From Selenomonadaceae bacterium (lineage in GTDB: Bacteria; Bacillota; Negativicutes; Selenomonadales; Selenomonadaceae), in the NCBI GenBank assembly GCA_017635875.1, contig JAGBKP010000144.1, positions 1 through 49,940 on the forward strand: a DNA stretch of 49,940 nt, read 5' to 3'. The first letter of the stretch is position 1. Each line of letters opens with the position of its first letter. The notes below the pieces were generated by a model, which saw only the letters and a list, made by a program, of their open reading frames with translations, ran no database searches and was not told the DNA's origin. A program made the translations under genes and the position numbers. Below are positions 9,929-19,745 of this stretch, in pieces.

Positions 9929-10720
9929 TTAATCCATAATTTTATCAAGACCGATTGTCATACCTTTTAAGCCCAAAACTTTTTTGCAAGCAAGCGCAAC
10001 GCCAGGCATAAAAGACATTCTGTCCATAGAATCGTGGCGAATTGTTAAAGTTTCGCCTAATCCGCCGAAGATAACCTGCTGATGCGCCACAAATCCCGGA
10101 AGCCTTACGCTGTGGATATGCATACCGTCAACTTCCGCGCCCCTTGCGCCTTGAAGTTTTTCTTTTTCGTCGGGGTGTCCCTGTTTCATACTTTTACGCA
10201 CTTCTTTTATCATTTCGGCAGTTTGCACCGCAGTGCCGGACGGCGCGTCTAATTTTTTGTCGTGGTGAAGCTCTATTATCTCAACATTCGGCAAATATTT
10301 TGCCGCCTGCTTACTCATAAGCATCATCAAGACCGCGCCAATCGCGAAGTTCGGCGCGATAAATATGGGCGTGTCGTTTTCTTTTGCGATTTTTTCAAGC
10401 TCTTTTTTCTGCTCGTCGGTCAGTCCCGTAGTTCCCACAACAGGCGCGACTTTTAATTCCAAGGCGGTTTTTACGTTGTCAAACACAACGTCAGGGCGTG
10501 TAAAATCCACCATAACCTGCGGCTTTTTGGAATTTATCGCCTCTTTTAAATCCGTTTCGATTATAACGCCGTTCGCTTTTAGTCCCACAAGTTCGCCCGC
10601 ATCTTTTCCGCCTGCAATATCCACAGCCGCGACAAGATTAAGGTCGTTGTCCTCTATTACGGTTTTTACCACCGCCTGTCCCATTCGACCGCATGCGCCG
10701 TTTACCAATATGTTTATCAA
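9929..10720 (-). CDS. dapB: 4-hydroxy-tetrahydrodipicolinate reductase
   Basis: 263 aa. NGACGRMG nucleotide-binding motif and EIIELHHDKKLDAPSGTA signature. TTG start preceded by AGGAGG. Confidence 0.9.
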   Translation of the reverse strand: MINILVNGACGRMGQAVVKTVIEDNDLNLVAAVDIAGGKDAGELVGLKANGVIIETDLKEAINSKKPQVMVDFTRPDVVFDNVKTALELKVAPVVGTTGLTDEQKKELEKIAKENDTPIFIAPNFAIGAVLMMLMSKQAAKYLPNVEIIELHHDKKLDAPSGTAVQTAEMIKEVRKSMKQGHPDEKEKLQGARGAEVDGMHIHSVRLPGFVAHQQVIFGGLGETLTIRHDSMDRMSFMPGVALACKKVLGLKGMTIGLDKIMD

Positions 10721-10740
10721 ATTAAACGCCTCCTGTTTTC

Positions 10741-10767
10741 AAAAAAAAAGGAGCAAACGCTCCTTTA
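10741..10767 (-). terminator. Rho-independent terminator after ftsZ
   Basis: On the minus strand: AAGGAGC-GTTT-GCTCCTT followed by T9. Confidence 0.7.
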
Positions 10768-10772
10768 TATTT

Positions 10773-11963
10773 TTATTTTTTTCTTAACCACGAAGGTATG
10801 TCAAGACCTATATCCAAAGGTTGCGGAGCTTGGGGTTGAGAAACTGTATTTTGATTAGGCGCGCCTGTAACGCCGATTTTGTTTTGCGAATTGTTTTCGC
10901 CTGCAGGAGTCGGATTTGCCACAGATTTAAAAGCGTTTTTGCCCAATCCCAAAACGTCGCTCGCGTCAAGACCCGAAGGTTTAAACGGCGTATTAAATCC
11001 CGTAGCTATAACGGTGACGCTTATCTTATCCCCCATAGACTCGTCTAAAGACGCGCCGAAGATTATGTTTACGTCAGGATGCGCCGCCTCTTGAATAGTT
11101 ACGAAAGCCTCGTTTACTTCCATCATAGAAAGAGAATCCGGCGCGCCCGCGATGTTTAACAAAATACCTTTCGCGCCCTTTATGTCGATTTCAAGGAGCG
11201 GAGATTCCACTGCGCGTTTTGCCGCTTCCACCGCCGCGTTTTCGCCGCTTGCTTCCCCTATGCCCATAAGAGCAGAGCCCGCGTCGCTCATAATGGTTTT
11301 TACGTCCGCAAAGTCAAGATTTATAAGTCCCGGTTTCATTATAAGGTCGGAAATACCTTTAACGCCTTGATAAAGAACATCGTTTGCGATACTAAACGCT
11401 TGCGTCACCGGCGTTGTTCTGTCTATAACCTGCAAAAGTCTGTCGTTTGGTATTGTGATTATGGTGTCAACGTGATTTTGCAAATTTTCAATGCCCATCT
11501 CCGCGTTTTTGCGCCTTGACGGTCCTTCAAAAGAGAAGGGTTTTGTGACGACGCCTACGATTAGAGCGCCCACTTCTTTGGCGCACTGCGCAACTATAGG
11601 CGCTGCTCCCGTTCCCGTGCCGCCGCCCATACCCGCGGTGACAAAGACCATATCCGAATTTCTTAACGCTTCCTTAATATCTTCGTAACTTTCTTCCGCG
11701 GCTTTTTCGCCGATAATCGGTTTTGCGCCCGCACCAAGTCCGCGGGTAAGTTTTTCGCCTATCTGCATTCTCTTTGTGGCGTTAGAGTGGCGAAGAGCCT
11801 GCGCGTCTGTATTTACCGCGATAAAATCCACACCGTCAAGCCCGAGTTCTATCATACGATTGACGGCGTTACTGCCGCCGCCGCCAACGCCAACGACTTT
11901 AATCTTTGCGTATTGATCGAGTCCTGCAATATCATCAAGTTCAAACACGTTTGTAACCTCCAT
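10773..11963 (-). CDS. ftsZ: Cell division protein FtsZ
   Basis: 396 aa. Tubulin signature [10 protein letters not shown] and NTDAQAL. Confidence 0.97.
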   Translation of the reverse strand: MEVTNVFELDDIAGLDQYAKIKVVGVGGGGSNAVNRMIELGLDGVDFIAVNTDAQALRHSNATKRMQIGEKLTRGLGAGAKPIIGEKAAEESYEDIKEALRNSDMVFVTAGMGGGTGTGAAPIVAQCAKEVGALIVGVVTKPFSFEGPSRRKNAEMGIENLQNHVDTIITIPNDRLLQVIDRTTPVTQAFSIANDVLYQGVKGISDLIMKPGLINLDFADVKTIMSDAGSALMGIGEASGENAAVEAAKRAVESPLLEIDIKGAKGILLNIAGAPDSLSMMEVNEAFVTIQEAAHPDVNIIFGASLDESMGDKISVTVIATGFNTPFKPSGLDASDVLGLGKNAFKSVANPTPAGENNSQNKIGVTGAPNQNTVSQPQAPQPLDIGLDIPSWLRKK

Positions 11964-12083
11964 CTTAATTATGATTTATATATGGTATATTTATAATTGC
12001 TATACTATGAATTAAAATAACGACTACATTTTATCATATTTTTTATAACAATGCGAATATTTTTTTTCTAATTTTTTACAACA

Positions 12084-12467
12084 TTATTCTACTACTTCGT
12101 TTAGCGTAGATTTTTCTTCGACGGTGGGAGAGTGCATGCTTTTTCGTATGTAATGACGCCTTAAAGACGCAAGGTTTTTGAAAATTCTAAAACCGAAGGC
12201 AAGAAGCGCGACGTAGTATAAATCTATCCCAAGTCTGTCGCCTATATAAACCAAAAGCGTCGCCATTAAAGCGTTTGAAAAAAATCCCGTGATAAAAACC
12301 ACGTTTTCAAATTTATTGTTTGCGGCGGCGCGAAGTCCGCCGAAAATCGCGTCCAAAGATACCAAAATCGCGACAGAAAAGAGTTTTGAATACGCGATCG
12401 GTATTAAAATCGGGCAGAGCGTGCCGAGTATAAGCCCCAGTATCAGCCCTATTATGGGAAGCGCCAT
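12084..12467 (-). CDS. sbp: Small basic protein Sbp (DUF1290 membrane protein of the dcw cluster)
   Basis: 127 aa multi-TM protein in the conserved position between the DUF881 gene and ftsZ, as in Firmicutes. Confidence 0.7.
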   Translation of the reverse strand: MALPIIGLILGLILGTLCPILIPIAYSKLFSVAILVSLDAIFGGLRAAANNKFENVVFITGFFSNALMATLLVYIGDRLGIDLYYVALLAFGFRIFKNLASLRRHYIRKSMHSPTVEEKSTLNEVVE

Positions 12468-12468
12468 A

Positions 12469-13143
12469 TTATTCCTCCTCGGCTACTTTTGCGTAATTAA
12501 ATCGAATAACTCCGCGATACGGCGGAACGTATACCGCGTCTGATACCGTAATTTCCATTTGTATGCCCCAAACTTTAAGAGTTTCGGCAACGCCGCCCCT
12601 CATTTTTAACGCGTTTTCCAAATCTTTGCCTTTTCCTATGGCGCGAATTTCAAAAGGAGTTGAAGAGCGCACGTTGTTTACGGAAATCGTAGGCCCTGCG
12701 CAGCGCACCTCGCTTGTGCCGATAAGCCGCTGCCCGTTTATTGAAACAGCTTCTGCGCCTGCCGCTCGAAGTTCGTTTATAACTCGCAAAATATCGTCAT
12801 CGTGGATAATATATAAATTTTGATTTTCTCCCGCGCGGGAATTTTGCTTGCTGTCGTCCATTCTTATGATGACGCCTTCGCCCTTCATAGGCGTAAGCCC
12901 CGCCCGCTGTTTTAACACGGTTTCGGTTTCTCCGCCAAGTCTGGACGATAAATTCGCCACCTCTTTTAAGAGCGCGTCCCTTTCTTTTTCAACGGAGAGA
13001 AGTCTGTCAGAGAGCTCTTCTATTCTTTGGTAGGGAATGGTAGCTCTCATATCTTCCGTCATACGGAACTGCAAGGCGAGCAAAAATCCCACGACCATAC
13101 AGACGGAAGCTATAGAGATTTGACCTTTTTTTATTATCCTCAT
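12469..13143 (-). CDS. DUF881 division/sporulation-associated membrane protein (YlxW/YlxX-like)
   Basis: 224 aa. N-terminal TM segment, a coiled coil, and a C-terminal region (VINELRAAGAEAVSINGQRL) typical of DUF881. Consistent dcw context. Confidence 0.72.
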   Translation of the reverse strand: MRIIKKGQISIASVCMVVGFLLALQFRMTEDMRATIPYQRIEELSDRLLSVEKERDALLKEVANLSSRLGGETETVLKQRAGLTPMKGEGVIIRMDDSKQNSRAGENQNLYIIHDDDILRVINELRAAGAEAVSINGQRLIGTSEVRCAGPTISVNNVRSSTPFEIRAIGKGKDLENALKMRGGVAETLKVWGIQMEITVSDAVYVPPYRGVIRFNYAKVAEEE

Positions 13144-13856
13144 TCTATTTCTTCTTTCATCTTTATAAAAGGCGCGTCGTACTTAAAATCCACGTATTCC
13201 GCGTTTATTGGGTTACGCTTTACGTCCTCCAAAAAATTTTCTGTAAGATGCGCTTTTAGTTCGACGTTTGACAAATCTCCCAGACGAATAACGACGCCCG
13301 CTGTGGTTTTGCCAATTATGGTGTCATCCGTAAATTTCAGCTCGCTTAATTCTTTTAAATATTCGTAATTTAAAGCGCTCAAAAACGAAAGTATTTTTTT
13401 TAAATTTTCATCTGCGATTTTGTCGCCGATAAAAATATTTTCGAGATATACCCCGTTAATGTTTGGAATTTGCCCGAATTTTGGCGCGCTGTACGCGTCT
13501 ATAACCAAGCCTTGTTTATCGACGGCGTAATAGTGATTATCTTTAGCGACGGTGACAACGGGCACGCGTTCCGTTATATGAATATCAAGATAAGATGGAA
13601 GAGAGCGGCGCACGACGGCTTCTTCAACGCGCAAATCCGAAAGCAAACGTTTTGAAATCTCGTCTGTTTCAAGGGAAAAGAGCGGCGCGCCGTAGGTAAC
13701 GCCGCAAATTTGGACAATATCTTCGTTAGTTAAGTTAGTCATACCCGACGCGCGAATTTCACGGAGCGTAAAAATAGGTGAATACACAAATATAAGAAGC
13801 ATCGCGGCAACGGCAATAAGAAGCAAAACGCCGGGTCGAATGTTTCTTTTTTTCAT
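13140..13856 (-). CDS. ftsQ: Cell division protein FtsQ/DivIB (POTRA domain)
   Basis: 238 aa. N-terminal TM anchor, a POTRA-like region (I...G...L....I......G......L......I...L......V..A.V.R..P), and dcw context. Confidence 0.7.
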   Translation of the reverse strand: MKKRNIRPGVLLLIAVAAMLLIFVYSPIFTLREIRASGMTNLTNEDIVQICGVTYGAPLFSLETDEISKRLLSDLRVEEAVVRRSLPSYLDIHITERVPVVTVAKDNHYYAVDKQGLVIDAYSAPKFGQIPNINGVYLENIFIGDKIADENLKKILSFLSALNYEYLKELSELKFTDDTIIGKTTAGVVIRLGDLSNVELKAHLTENFLEDVKRNPINAEYVDFKYDAPFIKMKEEIE

Positions 13857-13888
13857 CCGCGTTTCCCCCTATCTTAAAAATTCGCAAT

Positions 13889-15010
13889 CTATTTTTCCAC
13901 ATCGTAAATTTTTTTGCTGATAATTTTTGCGCCGCTCGCGTTTAGATGCACTAAATCAAAAAAGCAGTCGTCGTTTAGCTCTTCGTAAAACAGATTTATA
14001 AAATCTGCGCTGTGGTCTTTTAAAACTTCCGCTAAATTGCTTTTAAAATATTCGTAAACTTCTTTCCTTAAAGTTTTTTGAACAAGCGTTGTATGCGGTA
14101 AAGTAAACAAAATCGGTTTTGCGCCGTTTGCTTTGCATAAATCTATGTAATTTGCCAAAATTTTTTTGTTTTTTTCCGCTGTTTTGGGATAAATCGGCTT
14201 ATCAAGAGTCTTTAACGTCGATTCGTAATCTATATAATCTTTAAGAGAAACGGTATTGTTTTGCCAAGGGTGACGAATACCGCACCTTTCCGACTCCTCC
14301 GCTATGGGCGTATTGTCATATATGGCGAAAAATCTATCGTTCGCGAGATTTATTAAATCTTTGTCGGGAAAATCCTCATCAAAATTCGGCAAAAACGCCC
14401 TATAGTGGTACGCTTGCCAATTTGCCGAAAACGAACGGCTGATGTCGTAAGAAAAAGCATATATCGGCAGTTCTATAAGCGCAAATTTTACTTTTCTTTT
14501 TGAAAAAACAAGTTTTGCGATTTCATAGCCGCTCCATAAATCCTGCCCCGAAAAAGCGAGGTTGATGCCGCGCATATCCTTAAATTCGTCAATATAGAGA
14601 GCGGCTTCCGCATACGATATGCCCGTTGCAAAAAAATCCAACGGCAGAGGATGTAGCGTCGCGTATTTTACTTGGCTCAAATGCCTTTGAAATACGGAAA
14701 GCGAAAAATTATGGATACTTTTTTTATCCGCTCCAAAAGATACCATAAGGTCCCTTATGTTCTTCGTATCGGAAAGATTTGTTTGATAACCGATTAAAAA
14801 GTATCGCGCCTCACCGGGGGGGGTACTCGATTCCACTAAATATCGAAGCTTTGAAAAGTCACAACTCGGAATTTTCTTTTCGTTTAATCTTACGTCAAGT
14901 TTATCGCCGTTTTCAATAACAATTCCCGATAAATTTATCTTTGAAAAATCCATAAAACTCGAAAGCGAATCGAGCATATTTGAATTTATAACCACAAAAT
15001 AATCGCGCAT
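13889..15010 (-). CDS. Hypothetical protein, possibly an SGNH/DltD-like hydrolase or acyltransferase
   Basis: 373 aa. The C-terminal DLVHLNASGAKIISKKIY resembles SGNH block V (DxxH). No other motif could be verified. Confidence 0.35.
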   Translation of the reverse strand: MRDYFVVINSNMLDSLSSFMDFSKINLSGIVIENGDKLDVRLNEKKIPSCDFSKLRYLVESSTPPGEARYFLIGYQTNLSDTKNIRDLMVSFGADKKSIHNFSLSVFQRHLSQVKYATLHPLPLDFFATGISYAEAALYIDEFKDMRGINLAFSGQDLWSGYEIAKLVFSKRKVKFALIELPIYAFSYDISRSFSANWQAYHYRAFLPNFDEDFPDKDLINLANDRFFAIYDNTPIAEESERCGIRHPWQNNTVSLKDYIDYESTLKTLDKPIYPKTAEKNKKILANYIDLCKANGAKPILFTLPHTTLVQKTLRKEVYEYFKSNLAEVLKDHSADFINLFYEELNDDCFFDLVHLNASGAKIISKKIYDVEK

Positions 15011-15057
15011 ACGATACTCCTAAAACAAAATTACTCGACACCATCGCTTAATTTAGT

Positions 15058-15456
15058 TTATTGACTTTGCTCCAAAGGGTCGTCCCCGTAGTCGTTTTTT
15101 CCGACGGTTCCCGGCGCAAATATGACGTAAAGCCCCGCTACTAAATCCACCCAAGGAATAAAAAGCAAAATCACCCACCAGCCGGAACGGTTCAAATCGT
15201 GCAAACGGCGAACGGACAAACTTATGTTGCATACGGTAATCGCTATAATCGCGCATCCCGTAAGAACATAGCCGAGTATTTCCGAAAAGCTGAAAAGGAA
15301 ACCTGCCGCAAGGCAAATTACGACAAAAACCGCGAACGCTTTTAAACCCATAACGCAAAAAGCGAGCCGATTAAGCCGTCCTTCAAAAGTAGTGTAAGCG
15401 TTTGTTATATTTTCGGATACTTTTTCCTCGTTTGCGGTTTCGTTATTTTCCGACAT
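15058..15456 (-). CDS. DUF805 family inner-membrane protein
   Basis: 132 aa. GRLNRLAF start, several TM segments, and the hallmark VRRLHDLNRSGWW motif. Confidence 0.78.
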   Translation of the reverse strand: MSENNETANEEKVSENITNAYTTFEGRLNRLAFCVMGLKAFAVFVVICLAAGFLFSFSEILGYVLTGCAIIAITVCNISLSVRRLHDLNRSGWWVILLFIPWVDLVAGLYVIFAPGTVGKNDYGDDPLEQSQ

Positions 15457-16063
15457 AGCGATAAACTTCTTTCCAACCGCGATTCTCTACATTGTATATA
15501 TCAATCTCTCCGCCTTGGTCGCCGGTTTTATAATCTCCGCCTTTGGGATTGTTTACGCCTCTCGCCTCAACGGTAAGCCCACCGCCTATGTAAATCGCAA
15601 CATGGCGCATAGGGTCGCATACAATATCGCCGCGCTGTAAATTGTTTTTAATCTCGTCCCAAGTAAATTTTTTAAACCCGCCGAGTCTTTGCATATCCGG
15701 CCAGATAGTATCCGCGTCGCCGCTAAATTGCTTGCCGTTATAGAGTTTCATATAATCGGGATTTTTTTTCCACGCGCCTATCATATCAAATCCCGCGTAT
15801 TGAAGCGCGTGATAGACAAAAGCGGAGCAATCATAGTCCGGACCTTCCCTGCTCCCCGTATACGGATTTTTTGCAGTAGCGTTTTCCGCTCCTTGCGAAT
15901 AGCCGTGCACCGGGTCTCTTGCGATAGCTTCCGCCCACAAGACGTACCTTTCTATTCTGTTTTGAACTTCGTTATTTGTCGCCGCAGATACGGTCTCAAT
16001 GTTGCAAAGGTTTACAGCGACAAATGCCGCTAAACCCAAAGCTAAACCTATGAAATTTTTCAT
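15443..16063 (-). CDS. Secreted NlpC/P60-family cell-wall peptidase
   Basis: 206 aa. Signal peptide, catalytic Cys context YDCSAFVYHAL, and His context RHVAIYIGGG. Confidence 0.8.
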   Translation of the reverse strand: MKNFIGLALGLAAFVAVNLCNIETVSAATNNEVQNRIERYVLWAEAIARDPVHGYSQGAENATAKNPYTGSREGPDYDCSAFVYHALQYAGFDMIGAWKKNPDYMKLYNGKQFSGDADTIWPDMQRLGGFKKFTWDEIKNNLQRGDIVCDPMRHVAIYIGGGLTVEARGVNNPKGGDYKTGDQGGEIDIYNVENRGWKEVYRYVGK

Positions 16064-16119
16064 ACTAAAATTCCTTTCAATATAAAATAGGGGGAAAGAT
16101 ATTCCTTACCCCCGTTTAC

Positions 16120-16584
16120 TTAATTTGTGTCAACCGCTATATCAAGTTCCACTATCTGACCGCCTAAATCCATTTCCACCGTCAGATACTGCGCGTCGCT
16201 GATTTTTATTTGAAAACTTTCTCCTATAGAAAGGCTCGGCGTTGAAATATCAACCTCTAAACCCATACCCGTAATATTTGTGGCTGCGTTTGCGGTTAGC
16301 ATATTGCTAAGTTCAGAGATTGCGCTTTGCGCCATAGCGTCAAAATCCGCTATTGGCATACCCATCATCATAGTCGAGGCTATGGATTTTGCCGTGTCTA
16401 CGGACATATTATATACTACGTTTCCGCGAATTTGTTTGGTAAAGCCGACAACAACCGCGACTCCGCGACTTACCGCGTTTTTTTCGCGCACGTAGAGTTT
16501 GGCGCGTTTGGGTTCTGGGAAACCCATCTGCGGCATAACGGACGTGAATGCGTCCACGAAAGGATTAACCAATTTTGCATCCAT
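16120..16584 (-). CDS. cheX: Chemotaxis CheY-P phosphatase CheX
   Basis: 154 aa. INPFVDAFTSVMPQMG start and overall CheX-like pattern. Adjacent to a REC-CheX gene. Confidence 0.72.
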   Translation of the reverse strand: MDAKLVNPFVDAFTSVMPQMGFPEPKRAKLYVREKNAVSRGVAVVVGFTKQIRGNVVYNMSVDTAKSIASTMMMGMPIADFDAMAQSAISELSNMLTANAATNITGMGLEVDISTPSLSIGESFQIKISDAQYLTVEMDLGGQIVELDIAVDTN

Positions 16585-16588
16585 CCTA

Positions 16589-17461
16589 TCATTCTCCTTC
16601 CGCGAATCCGACGCTTAAATTTATATCGCCGATTTTTGTGGCGGCGGTTATCTTAAACGTGGTAAGTTTTGGACTTGCTATTCTTATGTGATTTCCCGAA
16701 ATAGTGCCGGGCGGCGTAATTCTTAATTCTTTATCCTTAAACACGTCGTTTACGTTCGACGCGCCTCTTCCTATGATGATGTTTACGGCTTCCTCGACGG
16801 AATCCGCCGCTTCTTCGTCGGAGAGTTCCTCGCCCTCTTCGATTCCAAGCATAAGAGACGCGTATTTTTTCATAGTGTCAAAATCCATATGCATTATGGC
16901 GCGTCCCGTGGGATAACCGGTAAGACCGACAATAACGGCGATGCCGTCCACGTCTAAAAATCTGCGCTCGTCCACTTCAAGAGAAACTTCGGCGTGCACT
17001 CCTATCATACTGTAGATGCCTTGTTGAAGCGCTCTTACGAAAGCTTTGGCGTAAGATTCTCTAAGAATCGCAATTTTTCCCACTTCGCTTTGGCAAAGAG
17101 TCATCATAGTTTCTATAAGCTCGTTCGTTGAGATTGGTTTTTGCAAAAAAGAGCTTATGCCGACTTCTCTTCCCGCAGTCATCAGACTTGCGTCTTTCAT
17201 CGCGCTTATCATCACTATTTTAACGGTTGGGTCTATAAGATGTATGCGACGGCTGCATTCGATTCCGTCCGCATCGGGAAGGTTCATATCCATTGTAATT
17301 ATTTGAGGACGCATTTCGCTAAACATTTCAACTGCCTCTGCGACGGTTTTTGCTTCGGCGCACACTTCGAAATTTGTTTTGGCGAGATGTCCTTTTATCA
17401 TAGCGCGACTGACCTTGGAGTCGTCCACTATCATAACTTTGACTTTCTCCATAAATTTCAC
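16589..17461 (-). CDS. Response-regulator receiver domain fused to a CheX/CheC-like phosphatase domain
   Basis: 290 aa. REC domain (VMIVDDS...MDMNLPDADG...K) followed by a CheX-like C-terminal half (IAVIVGLTGYPTGRAIMHMD...EAVNIIIGR). Confidence 0.78.
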   Translation of the reverse strand: MKFMEKVKVMIVDDSKVSRAMIKGHLAKTNFEVCAEAKTVAEAVEMFSEMRPQIITMDMNLPDADGIECSRRIHLIDPTVKIVMISAMKDASLMTAGREVGISSFLQKPISTNELIETMMTLCQSEVGKIAILRESYAKAFVRALQQGIYSMIGVHAEVSLEVDERRFLDVDGIAVIVGLTGYPTGRAIMHMDFDTMKKYASLMLGIEEGEELSDEEAADSVEEAVNIIIGRGASNVNDVFKDKELRITPPGTISGNHIRIASPKLTTFKITAATKIGDINLSVGFAEGE

Positions 17462-17562
17462 CTGCCCAAAATTATCGTCAATATTTTACTCTTCTATTTT
17501 CTACCAAAAATAAAAAATCCCTGCTAATTTTTTTCAAGGTAAATTTTTTATTTTCCTTAACC

Positions 17563-17591
17563 TTGCGAAAACGATAATTTTCATATAAAAT
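17563..17591 (+). promoter_or_regulatory. Putative sigma-70-type promoter of the PLD-NTPase gene
   Basis: TTGCGA, 17-nt spacer, TAAAAT. About 40 nt upstream of the ATG at 17631, which is preceded by GGAGG. Confidence 0.4.
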
Positions 17592-17630
17592 GAGAACATA
17601 TTTCGTCTCGTTGTTTTTGGAGGAAAATCA

Positions 17631-19715
17631 ATGAAAGAGCTTTTTGCGGAGCCTTCTCTTTTTGTTTTGCATAACGGCGCATCTTGCGAATTTACGACTG
17701 ATGAAATATTTGACGCTTCTCGTTTTACAAAATTTTACGGCGTAAGTTATGTGTCAAGTCCTAAATTTTTCGCTGAAACCGTTCGCGATTTTAAAGAAGT
17801 TACGTTTATTTTGGGAATCCCCGATACCGATGTTTCTGGGAAATTCACCGACGCTTTAATAAACATTTTGGCCGAATCAGAAAACGGCGCGCTGTTTTTT
17901 AATTCGCTTTCAGGCGCGGCAAAAAATAAAATTGTCGATGGTTGTATGAATATCAGGTACGGCAGAGCCGGCGTTATGATTCACGACAAAATATATCTCT
18001 TGGCAAACGATGATACGAACGATTACAGGGTAATTATGGGCTCTGCGAATTTTTCCGCATCAGCTTTTAATGCAGAAAACAAAAATTACGAAAATATTCG
18101 GATAGACGATAATAAAGATCTGTATGATATATACAAAAAGCGTTGGGATTATCTTTATTCCGAAACGGAAGATTTTATACCGGAAATTTGCAAAAAGCAA
18201 TATAAGGACACAAAGACACAGATAGTGTTGGACGCGGAAACAAAATTTAATCTTTTGGTGGATAGGTTGGACGAAAATCGCGCAAATCTTATCGTGCCGG
18301 AAAATTATTTACAGGACATTCATAAAGAAACTCTATACATAAAGAAAAAACTTGAAAACGTCGAACAGACAAAGAAACTTTTGGGAGCGGTTCTTTCCGG
18401 CAAACGCAAAGACAATACGTATCGCGTTAAACTAAAGGAAAGCATAATAAAATCAAAACAGGGCATTAAAAATTATTTGGTAAAGACAAACAAGGACAGC
18501 GAAGATTTAAACGCATCACGCGAACTGTTGCTCTCTTCGGACGAAGAATACCTCTATAAAAAAATTAAAAACGAAGACGAGAGCGAAAACGGCGAATTAA
18601 CGTTATACTCCAAACTTGCGACGACAGACGAAATAAAATCCGCGCTTACCAAAATAGACGCTTTTACAAAGGCTTATTACGATTTTGCGATTGTCCCGAA
18701 CGAAGAAATACCGGGTAAAATTTACGAATCCATACTTTACGCATTCACTGCGCCTTTTATTTGGAGACTGAAGCAGGAATACGCGCTTCAGTACGACAGA
18801 GCGTCTGTAGGAGATATTCCTATGTTTTTGGTTATAGGCGGCGTAAGGGAGTCGGGGAAATCTACGCTTTTAAATTTTCTTGCGGGGCTTTTGGGGGAAT
18901 CCGGCGCAGATATTTACGATTACGCAAGAAGTCTGGATAAAGCCGGAAATCTTATGGATATGCTTGAAAGTTCAAATCTTTTGCCGATTATGACGGATGA
19001 AATTTCAAACAGCTTTTTCGGAAAATCTTCAAGCCCAAGAAAAGGAGAAAATTTAGTGAAACTTTTGTCCAATACAGTGCCTGAACATTCTATGGGCACG
19101 CTTATAGGTACGACGAATTACGCCGATTTTTCGTCTGCGGGGCAAGTGATAAGACGAATTTATTATCTTGAAGTAAACAATATGTTCGATTCCAAGAAGA
19201 AAAAGGAGTCGATGAATATTTTAAGAGATTTAAACGATGGTATAAGCGACGCGCTGTTTCGCGATTTTTCCTATCGTTTCGCGACTGAACTCAGAAACAG
19301 GGGCGAGGTCTTTCAAATCGACGATTTTCTTATACTTACGCGGCGTATTTTTAAAGACTACTACAAAGAATGTTCGATGACACCGCCAAAGTATTTCCCC
19401 GAGAAAAGATTTTTGGATTATGAAACCCGAAAAAAACTTGTTTGGAAACAGCTTTATTTTTCCACCGACAAGGAATATTTCAAAGACAACGGCGATATTT
19501 TGCAGGTGAACATCGACGCGCTTTTAAAGAACACCACGGGAAGCGCGCAGAAAAAGAAAAATCAACTCTTTGACTATATGGATGAAACTTGCTGGGCAAC
19601 GGACGCGGGTATAGGAATGTATTGGTTTTTGAAAAAGAAAGAATTTTTCAGATTTATCGAATACGAGCCTTCGTTTATACGCAAAACTCTTGATTTCCTT
19701 AAAATAAAATGGTAG
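17631..19715 (+). CDS. Fusion protein: N-terminal single-HKD PLD-family nuclease domain plus C-terminal SF3-helicase-like P-loop NTPase (candidate defence or mobile-element protein)
   Basis: 694 aa. HKD motif MIHDKIYLLANDD...IMGSANFSASAF (H118, K120, G137-S-x-N140). Walker A GGVRESGKST (403-412), Walker B LLPIMTDE (D456 E457), SF3 motif C LIGTTN (N496), and candidate arginine finger RR (508-509). Confidence 0.6.
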   Translation: MKELFAEPSLFVLHNGASCEFTTDEIFDASRFTKFYGVSYVSSPKFFAETVRDFKEVTFILGIPDTDVSGKFTDALINILAESENGALFFNSLSGAAKNKIVDGCMNIRYGRAGVMIHDKIYLLANDDTNDYRVIMGSANFSASAFNAENKNYENIRIDDNKDLYDIYKKRWDYLYSETEDFIPEICKKQYKDTKTQIVLDAETKFNLLVDRLDENRANLIVPENYLQDIHKETLYIKKKLENVEQTKKLLGAVLSGKRKDNTYRVKLKESIIKSKQGIKNYLVKTNKDSEDLNASRELLLSSDEEYLYKKIKNEDESENGELTLYSKLATTDEIKSALTKIDAFTKAYYDFAIVPNEEIPGKIYESILYAFTAPFIWRLKQEYALQYDRASVGDIPMFLVIGGVRESGKSTLLNFLAGLLGESGADIYDYARSLDKAGNLMDMLESSNLLPIMTDEISNSFFGKSSSPRKGENLVKLLSNTVPEHSMGTLIGTTNYADFSSAGQVIRRIYYLEVNNMFDSKKKKESMNILRDLNDGISDALFRDFSYRFATELRNRGEVFQIDDFLILTRRIFKDYYKECSMTPPKYFPEKRFLDYETRKKLVWKQLYFSTDKEYFKDNGDILQVNIDALLKNTTGSAQKKKNQLFDYMDETCWATDAGIGMYWFLKKKEFFRFIEYEPSFIRKTLDFLKIKW

Positions 19716-19745
19716 ATTTCAATAATTTAAGAAAGACGTGATATT

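Noticed and set aside
15053-15358. 101-aa ORF in an alternative frame of the DUF805 gene
   Set aside because: It is on the same strand and overlaps the DUF805 frame, which carries the hallmark RRLHD..SGWW motif. The alternative frame has no features.
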